Assembly: GCF_044789845.1 (NCBI RefSeq)
Contig: NZ_CP085252.1
Span: 2,795,932 to 2,835,931, forward strand
DNA from: Jeotgalibacillus malaysiensis
Lineage (GTDB): Bacteria > Bacillota > Bacilli > Bacillales > Jeotgalibacillaceae
Direction: 5' to 3'
Length of the DNA stretch: 40,000 bases
In this document: in pieces, positions 1 through 10,213 of the stretch
Layout: each line of letters begins with the position of its first letter
How positions within the stretch are numbered: position 1 is the first letter of the stretch
The notes under the pieces: generated by a model
What the model saw: only the letters and a program-made list of their open reading frames with translations
The model's database searches: none
Told to the model about the DNA's origin: nothing
Program-made: the position numbers and the translations under genes

Positions 1-410
1 GTCAATTGAGCAGCTTCTTTAAAAGCACCATGATGCTTCCATAGTTTCACCCAGCTGTGCGGGTTAGATTTCCACATCGGGTTCTCACAGAGCGGTTCAT
101 TGTTCTGATCAACTGCGATCACTGTGCAGGAAGTAAAATCAATACCAATTGCGATCACATCTTCAACGGAAACCTGTCCCTTACTGATCGCATCCGGGAC
201 AGCCTGTTTTAATACTTCCAGATAATCTCCCGGGTACTGGAGTGCCCAGTTTTTCGGAAGTTTAGTTCCGTCCGGCATGACTTCATCGAGTACACCGTGT
301 TTGTATGTAACTGTACTGGTGCTTATCACCCGACCATTTTGAATATCAACCAGTACTGCTCTGCCTGATGCAGTGCCAAAATCAATGCCCAGTGCATAAC
401 CGGCCATCAT
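1..410 (-). CDS. araB: L-ribulokinase, N-terminal part (gene runs off the left edge of the window)
   Basis: My own translation of the minus strand from the ATG at 410 (alternative 407) reads MMAGYALGIDFGTASGRAVLVDIQNGRVIS...IGIDFTSCTVIAVD...HSWVKLWKHHGAFKEAAQL and stays open to position 1. The GIDFGT-SGRA motif and the KLWKHH segment match the AraB-type FGGY kinase N-terminus as I remember it. An AAAGGGTG SD-like sequence lies just upstream. It is absent from the ORF track because it is truncated. Confidence 0.8.
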   Translation of the reverse strand, partial: MMAGYALGIDFGTASGRAVLVDIQNGRVISTSTVTYKHGVLDEVMPDGTKLPKNWALQYPGDYLEVLKQAVPDAISKGQVSVEDVIAIGIDFTSCTVIAVDQNNEPLCENPMWKSNPHSWVKLWKHHGAFKEAAQL

Positions 411-437
411 GAAACACCCTTTCTTTATCAATGTTAT

Positions 438-487
438 GTAATAAAACAGGCTGTCCTGGAGATAGATCTTTTTCTCCAGTCAGCCTG
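438..487 (-). terminator. Rho-independent terminator after the ABC-transporter operon
   Basis: On the minus strand, CAGGCTGACTGGAGA-loop-TCTCCAGGACAGCCTG (447..487) forms a long stem followed by TTTTATT. It lies 15 nt after the stop of the binding-protein gene. Confidence 0.6.
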
Positions 488-501
488 ATGATACGTATTA
501 A

Positions 502-1542
502 TTAAAAATCAAAGTCTCCTGCATTTTCACTTGTGAAATCAGATGGAGGTCCCATGATAACCGTTTTCCCATCTTCCCATAGCTCGATTTCTCCAACGCC
601 TTCAACGTTCTGTCCATTCTCAGGTTTTTTACCTTCTGCAAGATCTTTCGCAAGCGACACAGTCAGATAGCCCAGCTTATCCGGCTCCCAAAGAATTGCC
701 ATATCCAGTGATCCATCATCAAGAAATGGTGCTGAATCCGTTGGTAGTGCTGTTCCGACAACCGCTACTTCATCCTGAAGCCCTTTTTCCTGAATCGCCT
801 GTGCTACACCAAGTGGAGCAGGTGTTGAGAATGCCATAATCCCTTTCAGATCAGGATACGATTTTAAAATATCCAGGGTTTTCTGATAAGCAACCTGTTG
901 TTTTTCGTCAGTGGCAATTTTATCTGTTACGAGTGTAATACCTGGATAGTTCTCTTCAAGCTCACTCTTAGCTGCATCAATCCAAGCATTCAGGTTAGCT
1001 GCTGAAAGTCCTCCTGTGAAAATCGCAATCTCACCTTCTTCAGCACCCATTTCTTCTACTAAAGTCTGTGCAATATGACGTCCATACTGCTCGTCATCAA
1101 TCTGGTGGACAGAAAGTTCTACAAGTGATTGATCTGCCGGCGTATCCCAGTCAATTACCTGAACGCCTTCATCACGCGCTTTTTGAAGAACGGGTGATAG
1201 TGATTCAGCATCATTTGGTGCGACTGCTAGTACATCAATGTCCTGACTGAGCAGATCCTCAATTACCTTTACCTGCTGAGCAGCATCTGCTTCTGTCGGC
1301 CCAGTGTAAATAACTTCAACGCCAAGATCTTCCCCTGCCTGAATCGCTCCTTTTTCTGAAGCATTAAAGTAAGGAATTCCAATCAACTTAGGTACAACTG
1401 CGATTTTAATACTGTCATCACTGCTTCCACCCGACGCTTCAGCTCCTTCTGTTTTTGTACCTGAGCCTTCTTCAGACACACACCCTGCGAATAAAGCACT
1501 TGCTAGTAATGCTGATGCAAAAAGTCCTGTTTTCTTTTTCAT
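502..1542 (-). CDS. Sugar ABC transporter substrate-binding lipoprotein (PBP type 1, ribose/AI-2/rhamnose-like)
   Basis: 346-aa ORF with a signal peptide and lipobox (LFAGC). The segment IAVVPKLIGIPYFNASEKGA is typical of type-1 sugar-binding proteins. It is the last gene of the transporter operon. Confidence 0.9.
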   Translation of the reverse strand: MKKKTGLFASALLASALFAGCVSEEGSGTKTEGAEASGGSSDDSIKIAVVPKLIGIPYFNASEKGAIQAGEDLGVEVIYTGPTEADAAQQVKVIEDLLSQDIDVLAVAPNDAESLSPVLQKARDEGVQVIDWDTPADQSLVELSVHQIDDEQYGRHIAQTLVEEMGAEEGEIAIFTGGLSAANLNAWIDAAKSELEENYPGITLVTDKIATDEKQQVAYQKTLDILKSYPDLKGIMAFSTPAPLGVAQAIQEKGLQDEVAVVGTALPTDSAPFLDDGSLDMAILWEPDKLGYLTVSLAKDLAEGKKPENGQNVEGVGEIELWEDGKTVIMGPPSDFTSENAGDFDF

Positions 1543-1596
1543 TTTATGACACTCCCTTTGTTAAAATTATTTAAATCCGGTTGTACCGAATTGAAA

Positions 1597-2565
1597 TTAT
1601 TGTGCTGCAACTAGATCCTTCTCTTTCTTTTCATCCCATTTAACCTTAAGGAAATTAATAACTAAGACAGTAATTAAAATGACACCCATCATGATTGTCA
1701 CAGTTGATCTTGGGAATCCCATCAAATTCATGCCGCTTGATAACATTTGGAAGATGATCACTGCAAATACAGTTCCCATTACTTTCCCGTAACCACCCTG
1801 AATTTCTGTTCCGCCAAGCACAGCTGCTGCAACACTCTGTAGAAGATAAGACGAGCCCAGGTCAACTTTTGCTGTATTATAGCGTGATGTCATTATGATC
1901 GAAGCTACAACTGCTAACAGCGCTGAGTACAAATAAACATTTAATAAAACTTTACTTGTATTAATTCCTGAAAACAGTGATGCAATTGGATTGCTGCCTA
2001 CCATGTAGACCGATCTTCCCCATTTTGATTTATTCAATAAAATGGCTGTGATAACCGCAAATATGATAAAGATAAGCGTTGATAAAGGAATGATGCCCAT
2101 GTAATAACCGTTGCCGATTAATGAATAGCCTGAACTGAATCCCGAAATTGAACTGCCTTTTGTGATGCTAAGGATCACGCCTTCAAACAGAACCATCGTG
2201 CCCAATGTCACCAGAATTGGTGATACACCGATTTTTGAAATAATCGTTCCATTTAAAAGCCCGCATAACAGTCCTACTGCAAGACCCGCGAGAATGGCCG
2301 GAACAAGACCATAACCTGCTGTAAACATCAGTGCGATAATGACACCCGCCAACGCTGCAATATAAGTAATTGAAAGATCAATACCACCTGTCACAATGAC
2401 AACCATCATAGCCAGAGCTAAAAGACCAAATTCAGGAATCTGAAACATCATATTTGTTAAGTTACTTGATGAGATGAATCCCGGGACAAAAAAGCTCATA
2501 GCAAGGAACAATAATACTGCGATCAATCCCAAAATCATCTCTTTCGTAAATGTGAACCCTTTCAT
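1597..2565 (-). CDS. Sugar ABC transporter permease (RbsC/branched-chain type)
   Basis: 322-aa polytopic hydrophobic ORF adjacent to a second permease and the ATPase gene. Confidence 0.9.
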   Translation of the reverse strand: MKGFTFTKEMILGLIAVLLFLAMSFFVPGFISSSNLTNMMFQIPEFGLLALAMMVVIVTGGIDLSITYIAALAGVIIALMFTAGYGLVPAILAGLAVGLLCGLLNGTIISKIGVSPILVTLGTMVLFEGVILSITKGSSISGFSSGYSLIGNGYYMGIIPLSTLIFIIFAVITAILLNKSKWGRSVYMVGSNPIASLFSGINTSKVLLNVYLYSALLAVVASIIMTSRYNTAKVDLGSSYLLQSVAAAVLGGTEIQGGYGKVMGTVFAVIIFQMLSSGMNLMGFPRSTVTIMMGVILITVLVINFLKVKWDEKKEKDLVAAQ

Positions 2566-2578
2566 TTTTTCACTCCTT

Positions 2579-3562
2579 TCAAGCCTCTACTTCGATTTTC
2601 GAAAGCTTGGCCTGTGAACGTCTATATTGAATCTGGTCATAGGAGACAGCGACCAAAATGATCAAACCTGTAAAAACTTTCTGCCAGAAAGTATCAATTC
2701 TTGCCAGAATTAATCCGTTTTGTACAATGCCCAGTAACAGCACACCAAGTACTGTTCCAAATATCGTTCCTCTACCACCCATGATGTTCGCACCGCCAAG
2801 TACGACTGCTGCGATAACCATCAGTTCGAGACCAAGCATACCGTTTGGATCGACCGCTCTTGTATAAGCAGTCTGTGCAATCGCTGCAATTCCTGCCAGG
2901 AAGCCCATATAGGCAAAAACGAAGATTTGTACTTTCCCATAGTTAATTCCAACTCTGACAGCTGATTCCTGATTCCCTCCAATTGCCAATACTTCCCGAC
3001 CAATCAACGTGTATTTGAGGATATACCATGTAATGAAAGCCACTGCGATAAAGAGCATGGTAACCACTGATACACCTGCTATTTCGAAAGAAGAAAATGT
3101 CATAAATACCTGTGGAAAGCTTGTGCTGTTCATGTACTGACCGTTTGTAAAGTAAAGGACAAGCCCATTAATAATGCTAAGCATTCCCAATGTAACAACA
3201 ATTGCAGGAATCTTAATTTTGGCTACCAGGACCCCATTCAGGCTTCCGAGCGCAATTCCGATGATTGGACCTACTAGAAAAAGGACCAATACAGATAAAA
3301 TACTATCCGGTAATATCACCATTAAGTGCCCAAGCAGTACGCATACTGCACCTGTTATCGCTGCTACCGATACATCAATTCCGCCTGTTATAATGATCAG
3401 CGTCATTCCAACTGCCAAAATACCAAGTACCGCATTCCCTTTGACAATATCGAGAAGGTTATCTGATGAAAGAAATACCGGATTCATGATCGTGATCATC
3501 ACACTGAGTAAAAGGATAATCACCACAATACTGATTTCTTTTGATTTTAAAACTCCACTCAT
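2579..3562 (-). CDS. Sugar ABC transporter permease (RbsC/branched-chain type)
   Basis: 327-aa polytopic ORF, paralogous in pattern to 1597..2565. It overlaps the upstream ATPase gene by 4 nt. Confidence 0.9.
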   Translation of the reverse strand: MSGVLKSKEISIVVIILLLSVMITIMNPVFLSSDNLLDIVKGNAVLGILAVGMTLIIITGGIDVSVAAITGAVCVLLGHLMVILPDSILSVLVLFLVGPIIGIALGSLNGVLVAKIKIPAIVVTLGMLSIINGLVLYFTNGQYMNSTSFPQVFMTFSSFEIAGVSVVTMLFIAVAFITWYILKYTLIGREVLAIGGNQESAVRVGINYGKVQIFVFAYMGFLAGIAAIAQTAYTRAVDPNGMLGLELMVIAAVVLGGANIMGGRGTIFGTVLGVLLLGIVQNGLILARIDTFWQKVFTGLIILVAVSYDQIQYRRSQAKLSKIEVEA

Positions 3563-5094
3563 GCATGGACCTCCTTTCTTTCCGGTTCAGTATTTTTTTC
3601 ACCAAACAGCGCGTAATTAAGGATGTTCTCCTGAGTTGCTTCTTCAATATTCATTTCTCCCGCGACTCTGCCGTGACGCATAATCAAAATCCGGTCACTA
3701 ACTGCCAATACTTCAGGAAGCTCTGAAGAAATGACGATGACACCCATTCCTTCTTGTGCCAAATTTCTCAGCAGTTTATGAATCTCTGATTTCGCCCCGA
3801 TATCAATACCATTTGTAGGCTCATCAATGATTAAAAGTTCAGGGTCTGTTGCGAGCCACTTGCCGATGACAACCTTTTGCTGGTTGCCTCCTGACAGGTC
3901 ACCTGCTGCTCTTTCCGGTAACGCCGGCCTCACATCAAGTGATTTCACATATTGATCAGCCAGTTTTCTTTCTGCTTTTCTATTAATTAATTTCATTTTC
4001 GATAACATATTTTTTAAGGATGAAAGAGATATATTGTTAATAATCGACTGGTTTAATACAAGTCCCTGCGTTTTTCTGCTTTCAGGAATGTAAGCAATAC
4101 CATGATTTACTGCATGTTCCGGAGATTTCACAGTCAATTTTTTACCATTCAGTTCCATCTGACCTTCATCCGGCCTATGTACGCCGAAGATTGCCTGAGC
4201 AAGCTCAGTCCGTCCTGATCCAACCAGTCCAGTAATCCCTAATACTTCACCCTTTTTAAGTTCGAACGATATATCTTTAAAATTGCCCTGTTTGCTCAAA
4301 CCCTCAACTTTAAAAATGGTTTTACCGGCAATGACTTTATCCTGGTTTTTTTCGTAAAGTACCTGTCTGCCGACCATCAAGTTAATCAGTTTATCCTCAT
4401 TAAGGTCTTCCTTGTCATAAGTACCAATGAACTTGCCGTCTCTTAGTACTGTAAATCGATCTGACACCTTGAATAGTTCTTTTAATTTATGACTGACGAA
4501 AATAATCGATATCCCTCTGGATTTTAACTTTTCTATAACGGAGTACAGTTTTTCTACCTCTCCTGCTGATAGAGAGGAGGTCGGCTCATCCATCACAATC
4601 AGTCTGGCATCAAATGCAAGAGCTCGGGCAATCTCGATCATTTGTTGTTGAGCAATACTCAGCTTTTCAACAGCTATATGAAGATCCACCTCAAAATCAA
4701 GCTCTTTTAACGCCTCACTTGCTACCTGATCCATCTTCCGCCAATTGATTTTTGTCCATGGCTTTCGACCACTGTCCTGACCGAAGTAAATGTTTTCAGC
4801 TACTGTCAGGTTCGGAAACAAACTAAGATCCTGATAAATAATTGAAATGCCTTTTTGAGTAGCATCGATCGGCTTTACAATACTTGCTTCTTCTCCCTCA
4901 AAATAAAATTCAGCTCCGGGATCAGGCTTATAGATGCCGGCAAGGATTTTAATTAATGTTGATTTACCAGCCCCATTCTCGCCAATTAAAGCGTGGACTT
5001 CACCTTTTTCTACTGTCAGGCTGACATCATCTAATGCCTTTACACCAGGGAATGTCTTGCTGATATGGTTCATTCTTAGTCTTTCAGATGTCAT
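3559..5094 (-). CDS. Sugar ABC transporter ATP-binding protein with duplicated ABC domains (RbsA/MglA type)
   Basis: 511 aa. It has Walker A GENGAGKST, signature LSIAQQQ and Walker B LIVMDEPTS in the first domain. The second domain is degenerate (GLVGSGRTE, LSGGNQQK, LLIIDEPT). Confidence 0.93.
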   Translation of the reverse strand: MTSERLRMNHISKTFPGVKALDDVSLTVEKGEVHALIGENGAGKSTLIKILAGIYKPDPGAEFYFEGEEASIVKPIDATQKGISIIYQDLSLFPNLTVAENIYFGQDSGRKPWTKINWRKMDQVASEALKELDFEVDLHIAVEKLSIAQQQMIEIARALAFDARLIVMDEPTSSLSAGEVEKLYSVIEKLKSRGISIIFVSHKLKELFKVSDRFTVLRDGKFIGTYDKEDLNEDKLINLMVGRQVLYEKNQDKVIAGKTIFKVEGLSKQGNFKDISFELKKGEVLGITGLVGSGRTELAQAIFGVHRPDEGQMELNGKKLTVKSPEHAVNHGIAYIPESRKTQGLVLNQSIINNISLSSLKNMLSKMKLINRKAERKLADQYVKSLDVRPALPERAAGDLSGGNQQKVVIGKWLATDPELLIIDEPTNGIDIGAKSEIHKLLRNLAQEGMGVIVISSELPEVLAVSDRILIMRHGRVAGEMNIEEATQENILNYALFGEKNTEPERKEVHA

Positions 5095-6030
5095 CTAATC
5101 ACCCTTTCCAATAAACGAATGTTGAAATTGTGCAACTTCTGCTTCTGTCGGAAGACCCGTTTGTGCACCTTTTTTTGTGACCTTTAATGCCGCAACAATC
5201 GATGCATACCTCGCAGCATCTATCAGCGTTTCCCCATCTGCGATTGCACATGCAAGTGCACCGGCAAAAGAGTCACCTGCTCCGACTGTATCTACCGCTT
5301 TCACACGGATAGGATGAATGAATGTTGTGTGACCGTCCTCATATACGACTGCCCCTCTGCTTCCAAGCTTGATAATACTGTTCTTGATTTGATGATACTG
5401 ATGAAACCACTTAGCTGCTTCTACAGCTGATTTTTGATCAGTTACTTTAATTCCTGTAATTTCGTATGCTTCCTGTTCATTTGGTGTAATGAGGTCTGCG
5501 TATTGAAATACCTCATCAACTACCCCGTCTGACGGTGCAGGATCAAGCAGAACAAACATATTTTGTTTACGGGCCGATTTCATCGCTTCAATCACAGTCT
5601 CAGAAGCGATTTCCATCTGCACAAGACAAACCTTAGTGTTTGTTAGCGTTTTCATTTTTTCCTGTACTTCTTCCGGCTGCAGATCTTCGTTTGCACCCTT
5701 AATGACCAGCATTGTATTTTCAGCTTCAGAATCAAGTGTGACAATGACACAGCCTGTTGGATAAAGATTTGACTGTTTGACAGTTGTCACATCTACGCCA
5801 GTTTCTTTTAGAGAACCGAGCAGCTGTTCAGCAAACAGGTCTTTTCCGACAGCTCCAATCAGCTTCACGCTTTTTCCAAGCTTTGCACAGGCAGCTGCCT
5901 GGTTAGCACCTTTCCCACCTGATGAGAGAATGAGATCATTTCCAAAAGCAGTTTCTCCCTGCTTTGGATATCGGTCAGAAGTCGTTACAATATCCATATT
6001 GATACTTCCTACGACTACAATCTCTGTCAT
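5095..6030 (-). CDS. rbsK: Ribokinase-family (PfkB) sugar kinase
   Basis: 311 aa. The N-terminus VVGSINMDIV...SSGGKGANQA and the C-terminal DTVGAGDSFAGAL motif are the two PfkB/ribokinase signatures. Its stop directly abuts the ATPase start. Confidence 0.85.
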   Translation of the reverse strand: MTEIVVVGSINMDIVTTSDRYPKQGETAFGNDLILSSGGKGANQAAACAKLGKSVKLIGAVGKDLFAEQLLGSLKETGVDVTTVKQSNLYPTGCVIVTLDSEAENTMLVIKGANEDLQPEEVQEKMKTLTNTKVCLVQMEIASETVIEAMKSARKQNMFVLLDPAPSDGVVDEVFQYADLITPNEQEAYEITGIKVTDQKSAVEAAKWFHQYHQIKNSIIKLGSRGAVVYEDGHTTFIHPIRVKAVDTVGAGDSFAGALACAIADGETLIDAARYASIVAALKVTKKGAQTGLPTEAEVAQFQHSFIGKGD

Positions 6031-6707
6031 GCTGATCCCTCTTTCAAGCCATCAATGAAAACGGATAGCTGCTGCATTGCTTCTTCCCTGCTGATATTGC
6101 TTTTAAATAAACTACTTGTTCCACAGACGAGCATATCTGCCCCATTTTCTAAAACCCCTGGAATGGTGTCATAGCCAATGTTCCCATCTACCTGAATTTG
6201 AATTTGATAACCTTCCTTTTGGACCAGTTCTGCAATCTGTTTAATCTTTCTATACATCATTGGAATAAACTTTTGTCCTGCAAATCCCGGATTAACAGTC
6301 ATAATTGTGATGTAATCTACTACGTCAAGCACATATTCAATCTGATCAATTGGTGTAGATGGATTAAGAGCGACACCTGCTTTTAAACCGCTCGATCTGA
6401 TCAGTTGAAGTGTTTTTTGTAAGTGCGGATCAGCTTCAGCATGAATGGAGATCATGTCAGCCCCGGCGCTTTTAAATAATTCAATATACCTTCCAGGGTC
6501 TTGAACCATTAGATGAATATCGAACGGTTTATCAGTAAGTTTTCGTATTTGGTGAATCACATCTGGTCCAAGCGTAAAGTTCGGAACAAAATGCCCATCC
6601 ATAATATCCAGGTGAAAATAGTCTACCCCTGCCTTATCCAGTGAGATGACCTCTTCTTTTAACCTGGACATATCTGCACACATAAGTGAAGGACCGATCG
6701 CTGTCAT
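6027..6707 (-). CDS. Ribulose-phosphate 3-epimerase family protein (Rpe/AlsE-like)
   Basis: 226 aa. PSLMCAD...DYFHLDIMDGHFVPN...DIHLMV...VNPGFAGQKF are the Rpe-family metal and catalytic motifs. It is the first gene of the operon and overlaps the kinase gene by 4 nt. Confidence 0.85.
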   Translation of the reverse strand: MTAIGPSLMCADMSRLKEEVISLDKAGVDYFHLDIMDGHFVPNFTLGPDVIHQIRKLTDKPFDIHLMVQDPGRYIELFKSAGADMISIHAEADPHLQKTLQLIRSSGLKAGVALNPSTPIDQIEYVLDVVDYITIMTVNPGFAGQKFIPMMYRKIKQIAELVQKEGYQIQIQVDGNIGYDTIPGVLENGADMLVCGTSSLFKSNISREEAMQQLSVFIDGLKEGSA

Positions 6708-6810
6708 AGCTTTACCTCCTGTTGTCTTCTTTGTAGGTCTTATTGTAATGTAAGCGGTTTCTAAATTGGAGTAGACAACTTTCGTATGTAGGGGGATGGT
6801 TGTCGGAAAA

Positions 6811-6846
6811 TAAAAAAAATAAAAAAACGGCTATAAATAAGCCGTT
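6811..6846 (-). terminator. Rho-independent terminator after the response-regulator gene (readable on both strands)
   Basis: Stem AACGGCT / AGCCGTT (6826..6846) with a 7-nt loop. It is followed on the minus strand by a long T run (the complement of the A run 6811..6827) and begins 3 nt after the stop at 6849. Confidence 0.6.
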
Positions 6847-6848
6847 TT

Positions 6849-8402
6849 TCAGGAGCTTCTGTAGGCAGAAGGAAGTTTTCCAATATGCTGTTTAAACAGT
6901 CTGCTAAAATACTTTGTATCGGTGTAACCTGCCTCTTCTGCTACTTCATATATCTTTAGATCTGTTGTTTTTAATAATTCTTTTGCCAGCTGCATTCTCT
7001 CTTTTGTTATATAGTCTAGAACTGTAACACCTGTTTCACTTTTGAATAACTCACAAAAATAAGTAGGGTTCATATGAATATAAGCGGCAATCTGTTTAAT
7101 TGTTATACTTTCTGCGAGATTTGACTGAATCCATTCTTTTGCGAGTATTATAGGATCCGTTTCCTGCTTAAAACGTTCTTTACGGTCTTTGGATAGCTGC
7201 GTAATCCACCTTTCCAACTCAGTCTTCAGTTCATCAAAAGAGAATACGTCATCAGACATACCAACCACTGCATCAATTCCTGAAATAGATGACACGCCTT
7301 CTTCAACCATAACTTCATTGATCAGACGAATAGACAAATATTGAACTGCTTCTTTTATCAATTGAGGTGATTTGGTTTTCTTCAACTCTTCAAGGTAGCG
7401 CTCAAGTGGTGACCTGACTTCTGTTATATCTATTTTAAAACCGCGAACGATCTCATCAGATAATTGATAAATACGATTTGATACACTTTGTCCCTCTTTC
7501 TCCATCATTTCCTTCCATACTTCAGGATAAATGATGTAATTCCCTTCATTGAACATTCTCAGCTGAAGAGCAGCTAGAAGCTCTTCTTTCTCAAAAGGGA
7601 TGACAGATAAGTCACTGAAAGACAGACTGATAGCGGCTGATATTGTATATCCTTCAGTCTCACGAACTCTATGCTGCAGCTTTCTAAGAAAACTGATTAC
7701 ATGGTTTTTTTCCTCACTTTTTACAAGTAACCAGGTATAATAATCCTGATAGCGCCATATCCAATATGAATGCTCAGGCAGCTGTTCTTTAGCCCCATTT
7801 AAAATCCGCTCAAATAGTTTGTTCAAATGATCTTTAGGAAGCTTCAGATCCGGACTAATGCTGATCAGTTGATACACAGCCTCTTCAAACTCATCATTGA
7901 TATTAGCACTCTCATCATATTCTTTAAGATAAAATAGATCTTTTAAAAGATTAAGACGCTTCTGATGAAGAGAATCCATTTGAAGACTTTTCCGATTTTT
8001 CTCTTCTGACCGAAGTATGATAATTTGCTCTTCAAGTTTTGTCAGCTGCTCTTTAAATGCAGCCCTGTCAATCGGCTTTAAAATATAATCAACTGCCCCT
8101 GATCGAATAGCATTTTGCACATAAGAAAATTCATCAAATCCTGATATAATTACCGGCATGAATTCTCTTTGATCTTCTTTCAATTTTGATACAAGTGTGA
8201 GTCCATTCATCACCGGCATTTGAACATCAGTAAAGAGCACATCAAATGATACCCCGTTATTTGTAATGTCATCATAAGCAGCCTGACCATCATCATATAC
8301 TGATACAATTTCCCAGTTATCTGTATTCTTCAGAATCAGCCTTTCAATACCCCTTCTGATTCTTATTTCATCATCGACTACAATTGCTTTTATTGTCTTC
8401 AT
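6849..8402 (-). CDS. Response regulator with C-terminal AraC-type HTH (YesN-like)
   Basis: 517 aa. The receiver domain is visible (VDDE...DVLFTDVQMPVMNG...KP). The C-terminal AraC/XylS helix-turn-helix is visible (IAAYIHMNPTYFCELFK...AGYTDTKYFSRLFK). Confidence 0.9.
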   Translation of the reverse strand: MKTIKAIVVDDEIRIRRGIERLILKNTDNWEIVSVYDDGQAAYDDITNNGVSFDVLFTDVQMPVMNGLTLVSKLKEDQREFMPVIISGFDEFSYVQNAIRSGAVDYILKPIDRAAFKEQLTKLEEQIIILRSEEKNRKSLQMDSLHQKRLNLLKDLFYLKEYDESANINDEFEEAVYQLISISPDLKLPKDHLNKLFERILNGAKEQLPEHSYWIWRYQDYYTWLLVKSEEKNHVISFLRKLQHRVRETEGYTISAAISLSFSDLSVIPFEKEELLAALQLRMFNEGNYIIYPEVWKEMMEKEGQSVSNRIYQLSDEIVRGFKIDITEVRSPLERYLEELKKTKSPQLIKEAVQYLSIRLINEVMVEEGVSSISGIDAVVGMSDDVFSFDELKTELERWITQLSKDRKERFKQETDPIILAKEWIQSNLAESITIKQIAAYIHMNPTYFCELFKSETGVTVLDYITKERMQLAKELLKTTDLKIYEVAEEAGYTDTKYFSRLFKQHIGKLPSAYRSS

Positions 8403-8434
8403 GAATCATCCAGCCCCTTCTCAGCTCATACAGA

Positions 8435-10213
8435 TTACTCCACTTTCGGAAAACGGATTTCTATTTCTGTTCCTTTTCCTTTTGTACTATTAAAGATGAG
8501 AGAATACCCCTCCCCAAAAATCATAGCAAGTCGTGCATTTACATTCACAATGCCAAAACCTGAATCTCTTCCGGCAAGCGGATTGTCTTTTAGTTCTTCT
8601 TCAATTTTCAACTTCACCTCATCATCCATTCCCGGACCATTATCCCGTATGGTAAAAACTACTTCCCGCTTTTTCAACACTTCTTCTCTTACTTCTATAT
8701 CAATTAATAGAGATTTACTTTTTTCGAGTCCATGTTTAATCGCGTTTTCCACGATTGGCTGCAAAATAAATTTCGGAACTAGATAGTCTTCAATGTGAGA
8801 GCTTTTTGTAATATTAAACGTTAGTCTGTCTATAAATCTGAAGTGCTGAAGTGTTAAGTAATCTTCAATATGCTGAAGTTCCTCCTGTAACTTGACCAGG
8901 GAACTTTTATTACTGAGTGAAAATCTCAGCATTCTTCCGAGCAGGGTAAGCATTGTAACAACTTCTTCTGTCTCTTCTTCTTCAACAGCCATGCTGATTG
9001 TTTCAAGGGTGTTATACATAAAATGAGGATTAATCTGTGACTGCAGTGCATAAAGCTCTGCGGTTTTTTGCTTCAGTTCTATATCGTATTTTTCGTTGAT
9101 CAGTTCTCTCAGTTCAACCAGCATCTGTTGAAAGCTTGCAGATAATACAGCAAGCTCTTTTGTCTGATACTCTGGCACTTCTACATTTAGGTCTTTACGT
9201 TTTACACTGCCCATAATCTTCCCGAGCTCATTGATCGGTTTTGTAAATGAAATAGACGAAGCGATTGTAATCATAGTCGTGGCCACAGCAAATATAACAA
9301 AAATCAGGATCGTCACGTTTTTAATTCCCTCAGCTGATGCTGTTAAAGATCTCACAGGCAAATAATGGATCAGATCCATAGAGAATAACTCTGAACGGTC
9401 TATACTTACAAGATTTGAATCGCTTCCTTCAAAGGTTCTGAAGCTCCCATTTGTAATTGGGTAATCATTTATTTCAAGGTCTGTTTGACCGATCTGACTG
9501 TGATCAGAGTGATAGACAATCTGGCCTGACTCATTTACAATTTTTACGGTTGCGCCTTGCTCTTCCATTAACTGCCCAATGTACTTTTCAAAAAACAAAC
9601 TATTGACTGCAATATAAATAACCCCTAAATCCCGTCTATTATCAAAATCCTTAATGCTTTTCATGATCAAGAAATATTGAGGGTCACCTTCAAAAGAGAG
9701 TGGTAATTGATCAGATAATAACAGCTGAGCATCTCCAATCTGGTTAGCCTGACTTCTATAAGGTAGGCTTCCATCCTGAAATCCAAAATTCTGAAAAGGG
9801 AGGTTGGTTTTTGAAAACACACGATTTTTTGAAACGATAAATGTTCCGAGTATATCCGGTTGGGACAGATAAGTCCGCTCGAGATAATTCTCAACTATAT
9901 ATTGATCCTGCCGCTGCTCTGACTGAAGTGTTGGACTGGATGAGCGAAGTACACTCATAACATCACCTGAATTGTAGATTAACTCAGGAAGATCAGTAAG
10001 CGTCTGTATTTCACTCTCAATATTATCGTTCACCTGACTAACAACCTGCGGAACATACTTTCCCACTTCAAGCTGAATAGACTGGCTATATTGATAATAA
10101 GCAAGTAATCCAAGGCCAGCCATAGGTAATATCGTTAAAATCGTATAAGTAATAATGAGCTTTTTAACGAGAGAGAGACTTCTGAAAGCCTCAATCAGCT
10201 TTTTAAAAATCAT
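8435..10213 (-). CDS. Sensor histidine kinase (YesM/LytS-like, HAMP plus His_kinase plus HATPase)
   Basis: Features seen: two TM segments around an extracytoplasmic domain, a HAMP-like linker, QINPHFMYNTL (the H-box of the YesM/LytS class), and ATPase N and G boxes (ENAIKHG, DNGPGM, GFGIVN). I trimmed the start to the ATG at 10213 (MIFKKLIEAF...). The longer track ORF (to 10312) would overlap the upstream gene by 110 nt. Confidence 0.88.
   Translation of the reverse strand: MIFKKLIEAFRSLSLVKKLIITYTILTILPMAGLGLLAYYQYSQSIQLEVGKYVPQVVSQVNDNIESEIQTLTDLPELIYNSGDVMSVLRSSSPTLQSEQRQDQYIVENYLERTYLSQPDILGTFIVSKNRVFSKTNLPFQNFGFQDGSLPYRSQANQIGDAQLLLSDQLPLSFEGDPQYFLIMKSIKDFDNRRDLGVIYIAVNSLFFEKYIGQLMEEQGATVKIVNESGQIVYHSDHSQIGQTDLEINDYPITNGSFRTFEGSDSNLVSIDRSELFSMDLIHYLPVRSLTASAEGIKNVTILIFVIFAVATTMITIASSISFTKPINELGKIMGSVKRKDLNVEVPEYQTKELAVLSASFQQMLVELRELINEKYDIELKQKTAELYALQSQINPHFMYNTLETISMAVEEEETEEVVTMLTLLGRMLRFSLSNKSSLVKLQEELQHIEDYLTLQHFRFIDRLTFNITKSSHIEDYLVPKFILQPIVENAIKHGLEKSKSLLIDIEVREEVLKKREVVFTIRDNGPGMDDEVKLKIEEELKDNPLAGRDSGFGIVNVNARLAMIFGEGYSLIFNSTKGKGTEIEIRFPKVE

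Noticed and set aside
3174-3620. 148-aa plus-strand ORF.
   Set aside because: It is antisense to the ABC permease and ATPase genes and has no RBS or motif support.
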